Source: Malacoraja senta (lineage: Eukaryota). From it: a stretch of 64,000 nucleotides of DNA. Position numbers and translations under genes: made by a program. The stretch is from assembly GCA_038087875.1 (NCBI GenBank), contig CM075981.1:12524001-12588000 (forward strand), read 5' to 3'. Shown piece after piece: positions 28,086 through 39,900 of the stretch. The notes beneath the pieces are model-generated. The model had not been told where the DNA came from, did no database searches, and saw only the letters and a list, made by a program, of their open reading frames with translations. Numbering within the stretch: the stretch's first letter is position 1; each line of letters opens with the position of its first letter.

Positions 28086-30488
28086 AAAACAAGAAAGAGC
28101 AGGAAGAAGAGGTAGGAAATGAGAAAAATACCTGAACAATCACACCCGCCAATAACATCATCCAAGTGACAAGGTTAGTTCAGATCAAGAGCTAAAAAAA
28201 ATCTTCTCTAGAAAACACTGACATGTGATAATGCCCTTCCCAAACTTTATAGATTTCTCAATGTTTCATCATGTTCCTGATATCCAGAAATGCTTAATTA
28301 AAAAAAACACAATTGAATCAAATAAACAAATAAAGATTATTAAAAATAATTATCTTCTTAAAAAATAAAGAAAAACCAATAAAGGTTCTTCAAATAAATC
28401 TTTTAAAATTATTAAAAACATTAAATCAAACAAGGGATGAGCGAACCAAGGAGTTACAGAGCGAGTGAAATGTGATTACAATGGAGTTAGAGTAAATGTG
28501 TCAGATGGTTGGTGCAGACTTAGTGTGCCAAAGTGCCTGTTTCCATTCTGTATTGCTCTGTGGCAATGTTAGACAAACTATGGCTTCAAAGATCCTTAGT
28601 CACTTTCGAAGAAATAAGTCAGAAATACACAAAGACAAGCTTACGTGCAGGTTGCTCGCTGCGAGGTTACTTATCCAGGGACCATACAACATGTCAGTTT
28701 AGCCAAATCTTGCCTTGGTCTCTATTTGATGAAATTCAAATGTGGTTAATGGTTATAAAAGTTGTAGCAGAAAATATTTTAAAGGTAGTATCAGATTCAA
28801 CATGAACATAAAGATTTCTGTGGAATGGAAAAGTGTGTTACGTTTCCACAGATTTTCATAAGTTAGGAATTATTTAAAGTAATAATTGAACATTTTCCAG
28901 CTTTCTTTTGACAATTCCTCACCAAATGTACCATCTCGTGTTCTGCAGGAATATTTGGGATGCAGTTTTATTTAAAACTGGAGATTTTGGATCATTTTGC
29001 CTTTAAAAAAACAAAACAAGAGCACTGAGACATATTGTGGCATTTGCACTGTTTTGAGTAAGAATCACAAAGCGATTCAACTTGTGATAGAGGCATCCGT
29101 CCATAATGGCACTGACAGAAGTGACCATCGTACAATCCCTGTGGAGATAATGTCCTATCTTCACATATAATACACCCTTCATCATTTTGTGTGGTATCAC
29201 AATCACACCAAATGGGATTGTTTCACGACAGGCCTGACTGCTCAAAACTGGGCTTCAGCCAATTGCCTCACCCCATGAGATATTAAGAAAGTCCTGTGAG
29301 TAATTGGAATTGATTGATTATCTTTAAGCATTTTTCAAAATCCCTGGAGTTAGTTTTTTTTTAATGGAATATTTACAAGCATGTTGAATCTTTCATAACT
29401 TCTGGACTTGCCAAATAACTCTACAGCCAGTTTATTATATTTAAACTGTATTTGCTTCCAATGTATGAAATATTACAGACAATATATTCTCAGAACCTAA
29501 TAATCTGTTATATTAGGAAAAGAATAATGATCAGGACACCAGTCAATTCTCCTCGTCAAAATGTCCCTTGGAATATTTTCCCACCAACTTAGAGAATAGT
29601 CAGAGTCTAGAGTTAAATATCCCATCCAAAAGACTTGGACATTGCTGGTCCAAAATGCTTCACTGAAGAACCACCTTGATATTTCTACTTAAGTAATGGA
29701 GCAAGATTTGAACAACCTTATTATTCATAGGAAAGAATGCCAGCAAATGAGCTACAACTATTCCTCAAAATAGTGTTCTCACTTCTTTAAACAACGTTTC
29801 TCAGAGCATTTAAATTGTCCTTATTTAATTCTGATAAATAATTTCGAGCATCATCTTCAAATAAATATATTTTTTATAACAGAATTCTAGACTTGAAAAG
29901 GAAGAAAAGTACAACATTACTTTCTTGATGATGAAATAATGATGCAGTGTTTTGGTAATAAATCACTGTAATTAATATACTTTCTTAGAATTTTTCTGCA
30001 CTGGGATTATATCTGGAGGATATTGCATCTGAGCTAATCTTAACAAGAGCGTGTCAACATCAAGAGGCTTTCAAAATATAAAATTACGATCAATTACGAT
30101 TAAAATTTTATTTTAAATCTACTTTAAACTTTGAGAAATTTGCTTTTTATATTTCTGTCACTTTATTTTCCAATGTAGAAGGAGATTATTTGGAGGAATT
30201 TTTGTTGTTTGTTACTGTTACAGTCTTTAAATTTCAAGTATCTGGCAATATGCGCTATATAATTATCAAAAGAAAAACATTGAAATAGTGTTTAAATAGT
30301 CTGATTCATTATTTCAGTTTACCCAAGATCAAGAAAAAAAGCTTAGACAGGTAATATCCAAAACAAATAATGTGAAAAAAAATTGTAAATGGCTTTCACA
30401 ATGTAACATTTCAATTATCTTCATTTAATTCTGATACTTGAGAATTTTGAGAGTGCTTCATCTTCAAATAAATGTATTTTTATTACAG

Positions 30489-30599
30489 AATTGACTTGTT
30501 TTCTGTAAGTGAATTTAAGAAAGCTGCTGTTAAGCCAATTCCTCAATCCAAATGATCAGTGAGGAGTTAAATGATTTACAAATGTTAACTTTGGTTTCG
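30489..30599 (+). other. Candidate non-coding 5' UTR exon
   Basis: ttattacag acceptor, strong donor cg|gtaagt at 30600 and an internal ct|gtaagt at 30505. It leaves a 199-nt intron to the acceptor at 30798. Confidence 0.45.
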
Positions 30600-30842
30600 G
30601 TAAGTAGTATGCGCCTTCTATTTTGGACATGGTATCAGATCAGATCCAAAATTAGGATCATTTTCCACAAAGACTGACTGAGATGCATTTAACCCGTGAT
30701 ATATTAAACCAGTTCACACTTTACTGCAGGCAGTGGTTCCAATGGTATTATTGCTATTGAATAATTAAACTTGTTTCAATTGTCTTTTCATTTTTCAGTG
30801 TCTATGCTGTTATTTTTAATGCAATCAACAAACAGTGCATGA

Positions 30843-30939
30843 ATGAAACACTGGACAGGATCAGAGGCCAACATGGCTGGGCATGGCCACTTAGCTCTTT
30901 CAGATGGATACTGTCTTGCTGAACCTCCCCAACTCTACG
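30843..30939 (+). CDS. NR1H5: FXR-beta coding exon 1 ([32 protein letters not shown])
   Basis: Acceptor tttttcag at 30791-30798 and donor G|gtatgt at 30940. The SDGYxLAEP motif is as recalled for the mouse FXR-beta N-terminus. Phase 1 matches the next exon. Confidence 0.85.
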
Positions 30940-33900
30940 GTATGTATAAACTCACAACAATTATGTTTTACTTTGGCAAAGACCAAATAGGAGTGTATAT
31001 ATACACCAGCTGTTATACACCAGCTCTTTGAACATTTTAAGCAAAAGTCTAAGAGGAAATTTGTTCATGCACTGGGCATTCACTTAAAACCCCAGAATAG
31101 AGGACAGGAAAGATAGTACCTTCCATTTTTTAGCAAGAACAACTGAAACGGGCATAAGCAGATGTAATAAGAAGCCTGATGCATGAGGAAGCATTTAGGC
31201 CCCCTCCGCAAGACTGCTCTTTCCCCACACATTGTCATCCCAGACTGTTCTCAGTGAAATCTGTGATAAAGGTTTAGATTTCAACTTCCTGCATGAAGTA
31301 GTTGGCTCATTCATTAGTTTTCATTGCCTAATATCTGAAAAGGAGTGATTTTCAAAAAATAACTACTAATTATTCATGAGCGATTTGTGCCATCTATAGA
31401 CGATGCACGTGTAAGGGGGAAATCGTGGAAGCAATGTGCTATGTACTACAATCCTTTAAAAATGGTTTGCAGGGATGAAAGGTTAAGGAAATAAACTTGC
31501 CCATTTGTGACTGTAGAGTTACAAACTAATGTGACTAATCCTTAACTGGTCTATCAAGTTACCAGTTGAGTCACCTTCTTTTCAGGATGGCACTACAATA
31601 AATACTGATCTAGCCTGATGTACCCATAACCTGAGAATGAATTAAAAAAAAAAATTTTAAACAGTGCAATAACATTTGAAATGTGTGTATCAAAATGTAA
31701 TCCATTTAATTAAAACTTATTACCATCAATTTTATTTCAAAATTCCAAATCAATGTTATTGAAATCAAGCCAATTAATACTTTTATGCCTGGGAGAAAAT
31801 GATGGGTGCAACAACCGAGCTAAATACATTTTCACATAAGACGATATCTGGAAGCAATCCAAGGAAAATTCTTTGCAGGAAAATTAAATACATTTTAACT
31901 GTTCCATTTTGGCAGCTTACTTATTATATGAAACTTTAGCAGGGGTAAAAGTTAAATAAACACATTTGTAATTATAACTTTGAGATATCATCAGCTCATT
32001 TGAAAATATAACTGACACAAGATTAAGCCAAGATAACAGTAAGGGGAATGCATCCAGCTGATTTCAGAACCATCAAGAAAATAACTGTTTTCAAGTGAAA
32101 TGCTGATAACTGACACATGGATCTAATTAACATCATTCAAAACTGCAGCTGACTTGGAACTGATTTAAGTAATGGCAATGTAAAAACTGCTGTGAGGATC
32201 TGCTAGGAATAAAGGAGAATTGTGACCATTAGCACATGGTATCCTTCATGGCACATGGTTCAGTACCCAATTGGTATCCTTCTGTGCTTGTTTGTTCATG
32301 ATGCTGTGAAATAACAATGCAGAGTTATATCCAAAATTATATACCTTATCTTTCCTTCCAATTGGGAAGGTGACTTCTCTTCAATTATCCTTCATAAGCC
32401 AGTTAGCTCACAAAATAACAGAATAATGGCCTGAGACTTCTTAAAGTTAAAACTTACCATGTTTGTGTCTATCTAATAATTTATATGGTGAATAATGGAG
32501 GAAATAAAGAAAGGAATTAAAACTAACAGCAGGGTCTTGACCTGAAACGTCACCTATTCCTTTTCTCCAGAGGTGCTGCCTGACCCACTGGGTTACTTTA
32601 GCTTTTTGTGCCTATCTTCGGTTTAAACCAGCATTTGCAGTTCCTTCCTACACCTTAAAACTAACAAGAAGGATAGAGCTGTCATAGGAAGGTGAGAAGG
32701 AGTCAAGCTGATTATAATCTTAATTCAACTATCGAACTTTCAAGGAAAACAAAGAAAAGTTGACTTTCAGATCTTACAGTCTGTCAATGGCCTTCCTTTC
32801 ACTGTTGTCACTTAAAAGAGTCTGTTAGAGTTAGTCATACAGCACAGCTACATGCCTTTTGGCCCACTGGTCATCAACCAGCCATCTACACTAATCCTAC
32901 ATTTTATGCTCCCCACATTCTCATCAACTCCCCTCAGATTCTACCCCTCACACACACAGTGGGAGGCAATTTAGAGTCCAATTAACCCAATGACCTGCAT
33001 GTCTTTGGGCTGTGGGATGAAACCCGAAGACCTGAGGAAAACTACATGGTCATAGGGAGAATGTGGAAACTCCATACAGTCATTGGCTGAAGTAAGGATT
33101 GAACCTGGGTCTCCGCATTGTGAGGCAACAACTCTACTTGCTGTACCACTGTGTCACCCTAACATGTACAGCAGCCAACTACCTCAGAACAAGACTGCCG
33201 TACTTTGATAAAAGGAAGCAACTGACAGAAAGGAGTTTTCTTGTAAATGAGGAAAACGTGTTTTTCTTTCAGCTCTCTGTGATGGAATTTCTTACTTCTC
33301 TGGTATAAATATTTTCAAATTGTACTCAGAGAAGACATTTTAGGCATATGTGTTTGAAGATATGAATTCATATTTTTATGAGGATTATGTCAGTTGTTTC
33401 CTTTTGTCATAGTATTATTGGAATAGTTTCCTGCCTTATACTTTGACAAAAGGAAGCAACTGTTCTATGTTCTCACCACTCTGGTATTTAACTATGTTAG
33501 GTATTATGTTTTGTACTCCTGTCATATTAATTACACACACACACACACAACCAACCAGTCACACAAACTAGCGTACAAGCACAAACACTTGCAAACACGC
33601 ACAAACACACAAAAGCAAAATGAAGCGCACACAAACTTTCATAAACACAAACACACACATATGCACATAACCAGACACACACATATACTCACAGTTCACA
33701 CATACACAATATCTCTTGCATGGGCATGTTCCCATTTTACCAGATACTTCATTCACTTTTTTTCCTTCTCTTTGTGTCTCTGATTATGATTTCTATAACA
33801 ATGAGAAAAATGATGATGATGATGATGATAATAATAATAATTATTAATTTACATGTAAATAGTATGGCTGCAATTGTTAGCTTACACAAAAAATAAATTA

Positions 33901-36900
33901 TACAAATGACAGAGACCTATTTTTCATGTGGAAGCCTCCACATTGAGTTATAATTAACCATGTCAAAATACATACATGCAGGAGATGAATGTTAAACGAA
34001 GTGCTAAATTACTATTCGAGCCAAATTAGGGTAGTACACTGTACATGGTAATTGTAATAACTATGACCATGTACACCAACTGAAACTGGTTTTCAGGGAG
34101 TTTCAAATTTATTGCTTACATGTACATGTGCACTAACTACTGACTGGAGAGCACCACTAATAATTGTTAAACTGCAATGCTACTGATTTGAAATAACTTA
34201 TCAGTATACAAAATAACACAATTTATCATTCCCCAATAAAAATTCAATCCAATACAGGTTTTATTAAAATCATGTATGGCAGCCAATAGCTGAATAGTAC
34301 GTTTACAGTGAAATGGCATACATTAATAATTCATAATTCACAGTAATTTGAGATAACAATGATGATTACCAATAAAGTATTGCTGCTTAATGAAATCAAA
34401 ATTGGATAATGTGATAATCATAACATACCATGAAATCATATATGTCTATAATTCAAAAGCTAAAATCCAGGGATTTATACATCAAACGTTTCTACAATCT
34501 TATTATGAAAATTAAGTTTACATGCTAAAAGATTATAGATAAGAGAAAGGAGAGAGTATTGGGTAAAATTTCTTAAGCAATGAAAAATCTAATCAATGAC
34601 ATTTGTAAGAACTTCCTACAACACAATTGGACTGTTATTATAATACTGTTATTGCACTGTCGTAAACCATGGATGTATAATAAATAACTTCCTGAAATAC
34701 AATTACGCAAACCAATTTGTATGATAAAGACATAAAGGTGATATTATGGAAATATTAATATGCGTAACAGTACATTACAAAAAAATATCCATCTTAAGAG
34801 CATTTAAGATGAATTTGCTGTACCTACACATGTACACATGGTATAAAACATAACATTTTTACATTAAGGAAAATATTAATGAGTTGAGGAAAAATTAAAA
34901 AGAAAATGCAATAAAGCATTAACCTTGTATGTATATAAATTAGAGGATATTTACTGAGTTGTAACATCTGGAATTGGGAAAAACATTTCATTGTAACTTT
35001 ATGACACATTCAGATTCAGTATCCAGTGTTGAAAGGGCAAGACATTCTCATAAATGCAAGAATTAAACTGTATGTAGTGATAAATTATTGGCACATACTT
35101 TTAGGTGTGAAAAGGGCAGTAATATCTGAAATTGCAAGAGGTCCTGAAAAATATTGCACAAGAACATGAACATAAATGCAGCCAATATTCAGGTTAAATG
35201 AAGTGTAGACAATGGCAAGACAAATGGAAATGCATGAATTCAACAACCCTCCCCACTAAAGAAATGTTTTAATGCATATTATCCTAAAGCAGACAAAGTG
35301 TTCTATTTTGCTTTGGTTTGGTTGTGCTTAATTTTTTGTTAGTTTCAGCACTTTTCTGCTACACAATACACAACTGGAAAAAAAAGTGAGGAGGGGAAGA
35401 TGTGTTTAATTATTTCACCAAGAAAGACACAGAAAGTTTGGAAATTTAAAGTGTTGAGTTTCTAAATCACAAATGGCCATACCACATGTGTCTCTAATCA
35501 ATGTACATGTCCTACAAACGGTTTGCCAAGTACATTGTTTGCCAAGTACATTGCATAAACATTGTTTGCCAAGTACGTTGCATAAACATGCTTGGTCTAC
35601 ATAACTGCACGTGTAGAATACTGCAAAATATTTGTATTTAACATTAACCAGAAAAAAAAGAAGCTTAAACAACATCAAGTCGGATGCTTCATATTATATA
35701 ATGTTCATGACAAAAATCTGATATAAACATTGCCAGACATGTTTGTTGTCCTCGTTGTATGTTTTCACTCATTATCGATGAGATCTTGAGGCTTGATTCT
35801 CGACAATGTCTCTCCAGAACTGACATCTGTTGGGAGGCATGACGGGGCACTGTTTCATCAGGATGTCATTTTTCTTGTTGCTTGGGATTCCCCGTGCACC
35901 ATTCCTTGGGGGAAAGCGCTGCCCATTCAACATCTTCTCAGCCACTTTCTTCTTCTGGAATTCCCCACACGAGAACTCCTCATCGTCGGTCGATGTCTTC
36001 CAGTAGATTTTGCTGGAGCCTCGACGAAACTGAGCAACTCGGACTGTGCTGAGAACCGGTTTGTTGGTGAATCCTGCGCTGCTCATTCCATTCTCCCACA
36101 GACTGAAGTCTGCTGGTCCCATCTGGATGGCAGCACCGTTCTTGTTGACGACTTCTCAAAGTGCCCTTTCTCAAAGTAGTTAAGGGTGACAGTGTTTGCC
36201 CCCCCTCCCCATCCTCATTAACCATGAGCGCCATGCCTGTGAACAGAACCCAGGTCTTATTCTGGGCCGAGCAGTTGTCCACCCAAAATGTGAAGTGCTC
36301 GCAATCCCGGTAGGCCCCGTTTTGACCTTGTCGAACGCACTGACAACATCCTCAGCTTGCCGGCTGGCAATGCCCTCGTGCCAAACTACTCCTACTGGCT
36401 TTCTGTTATTGCCTGCTGCTTTTCCTCCAAGGGGTGCAAATGTCTCATGGAACAAAACAAGTCTGCGTGTGAACATGCATGTCTTCACACCCGGTAGCCT
36501 TGGCAACATGATCACTTTCTGCATGTCCATGGAGAAGAACGCCTCTTTGTCCCCGTGATTCTCTTCACAGTCCTCTCGATATGCCTTCTGGTCCTTCCAG
36601 CATTTTTGTTATGCTCTTTCCATGCTGCACATTTGGTACATTTTGACGTGTCTTCATTGTCGTGTTCTTGTTTGTCATAAATTAGACAGAGCTCACATTC
36701 CTCCTCCCCCAATTTGGCGAAACTAATGTTCAAGCTGTTGACGGTCTTTCTGTATGTGTTGTAACCTGCAACACCCTGGTGTGATTTCTGGAAGTCATGG
36801 TACATTTCTTTAATGCTCAGTTCTGGTGGGAGGTAATTCCTATGCGGAGCATGTTTGTGTCCGTAGTAACTGATGCATGGATTGAAGGAGTTGATGTGGC

Positions 36901-39900
36901 CGGTGATGAGTGTTTAGTTTTCTGCAGAAAGTTTGTGTTTGGGGTCATGGCGTCCTCTCTTGTCATATCTTTGCGGTGATATCTCTCCTGGCATGGCTGA
37001 GTTGAGCGTGACTGTGATGACTTTGTCGCTTGTGTAGCCGAGGTACTCAAGAAAAACTTTTGCATACCATGTGCTGGTGGCCTGTCTCGTCACTGAACCT
37101 GTAGAGACGTGATCTTCTACTTTAGACTCTCTTCCTGCAAAATATTTCTTTAGTTACTAAGGAAGTGAAACACCAACATGAATTTCCAAAAATGAACCAT
37201 TTTATCTAATTTTAAAAAGTTTGAATGTTTCAATAAATATTATTAATAAATGTATTGTTCTTATTTTGATGTAATTTTCCATTTGTTTTAACATGTTTCA
37301 TATGTTTTTATTTTGAGTTTGTTCTCTGTACAATCAGCATATATTGATGATTATAAGTTATGATTTTGTGAAAAAAAATCAGAAATTCATTCACAAAGTA
37401 CCATATTTTTGTGTACCATAAAGTGAATTTTACCTAAAAAGTGGCACATCTTTGCAAATCTGATCCAGATCCTCATACATTTGACATGCTAATGTTCCTG
37501 AGCTTATGTAGTAATGTCAAATGGCACAACAATATTTTTATGTCTTGGTGTAAGATTTCAGTACTTATTTGTGGTCTACAAATGATGCAGGTTACTTACA
37601 AATAAGCTGAGTGTAAATGGAGAGTTCTGCACTTTTGGTAATCTACACCCTTGAGTAGTAGGTGGTCCTGAAACACTACAGCTCTTCTGAAATCCAGCTG
37701 CATATTCAAAAAAGGACTAAAAGTACTGGTGTAACTCGGCGGCTTAGGCAGCATTTCTAGAGAATATGGATAGGTGATATTTCGGCTCGGGACTTTTCTT
37801 CAGACCTGAAATGTCACCTATCCATGTTCTCCAGAGATGCTGCCTAACCCACTGAATTACTCTAGCACTTAGTGTTCTTTTGTGTAAACCAGAATCTGCA
37901 ATTCGGCAATTCCTTGTTTCTACATTCTGCATATTCAAAATGTTTACAGATGTAGGCTAAAATTTCTTGCAATACAGTAATTTCTACTTTGTTTTAATTC
38001 AGAGGTTCTGACTGATCAGATTAGCTACCCACTTCAAGACCCAGAACTACAGATGCCTGCATACAGCCAGTATTCCAACATGCAGTTCTCTACGATGGCA
38101 GCACCTCAGCAGCAGACGCATTATTCTGCTCATAATTATTACCCTCAGTATTCACCAGAAGGACATTATTCTCCAAGCTCATATGAGCTAAACAAACCAC
38201 AGTACTTGGGCCCCAATGTTACAGATGGAGTGATGCCTGTTATGAAAAGACCAAGACTCAACAATTCATCTTTGCGAGTAAAGGGTGAGGAGGAGTTGTG
38301 TGTGGTGTGTGGGGACAAGGCTTCAGGGTATCATTATAATGCACTAACCTGTGAAGGATGTAAAGGTAAGAATTCAAGCCTTTTAAAATATATATTGTAA
38401 TTCATTATCTTCAATATTTTTTCAATAGAAATTTGTACTCACAGCTAAAATGGATCTGTCATGTGTATAGCCTAAGTGATAGAAATTAGTTTGCTTAAGG
38501 CACGACCCTTATGAGTGATTGACAACACTGAGCCTGTACTCGCTGAAGTTTAGAAACATGTGTGGGGGGGGGGGGGGGGGGGAGTCCTCATTGAAACATA
38601 CTAAATAGTTTAAGGCTTGGATAGAGTGGATGTTTCCCCTAGTGGAAGAGTCTAGGACTAGAGATCATAGCTTCAGAATTAAAGGACCTTCCTTTAGGAA
38701 GGAGATGAGGAGGAATTTATTTAGTCAGAGGGTAGTGAATCTGTGGAATCTTTTGCCACAGAGGCTGTGGAGGCCATCCGTAGATATTTTTACGGCATAG
38801 ATAGATATATTCTTGATTAGTACGGGTGTCAGGGATTATGGGGAGAAGGCAGGAGACTGGGGTTAGGAGGGAGAGATAGATCAGTCATGATTGAATGGCG
38901 GAGTACACTTGATGGAATTCTGTTCCTATCACTTATGATCTTATGACGACCCAGCAGGAGGTGTGTGTGGGAGACGGACAGATGGAGTGGGTGGGGAAGG
39001 GAAATAAATTATGTGATAGGGGGCTGGGTTGAAAAGAAGGGTGCTTGTAAGAGCAGGAGTGATGGGAAGCAGGTTACCTGAAATTGTTGAATTCAATATT
39101 TATGCTGGTGGGTTGGCAGAACTACCCAGGCAGAATATGAGGTGTTTCATTGGCCTCATCCTGATAGTGTATGAGACCAATGAAAGGCAGGTAGGTGTGG
39201 AAATGGGAAGAGGAATGGCTTAAAATTGAAAGCTTCAGATTGCCATGGTGGACAGAACGTGGGTGCTCAACATTTGTTCCTGTGCATTGGTATTTAGGCC
39301 CCAATAGTCTACCATGCATGTGTTTCAGAGATCTGTGTAAATGCTCATTTGTGTATTTTGTGCACATATTTTATTGGATGGGTATGTGATTTAGTTTACA
39401 TACTTTTGTTAGCAATGACAAATGCCATTGCTGACACAATGAATTAAGTTACAGCCATACACTGCACATAAAATTAAAACAAAAATTGAACAAACCAGTT
39501 CAATAAACAGACCAGCATTGAAAAATAATTGTTTAGGATGATAATGCTGACTTAGTCAACTCTTATGAGAATAAAAACAACTGAAAATGCCGGAAAAAAC
39601 TGAGCAGATATTGAGAGAGTAACACTGTTAACATATCCGGCTGATGACCTAAAAGTTCAGGTAATTTACCCGAGATATTAATTCCATTTCTTTCTCTGCA
39701 GATATTGCTTGACAATTTCCAACCTTGCAGTATTTTCTGTTTTCCTGTTATCTTTCTGATATCTGCAGCATTTTGTTTTAGTCTTATTTAATTTTGCATT
39801 TTACATCTTGTATATTTTAATATATTTCTGTTTAATCACTGTATTGATGATGTCTTGCAACTATTGGCTTCAGGAGGTTAATGAATAATACATCATGGGG

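Noticed and set aside
38565-38582. Long G homopolymer (also the C run at 57661-57675) as G-quadruplexes
   Set aside because: These are simple homopolymers of uncertain length, the first inside a CR1 copy; no functional support.
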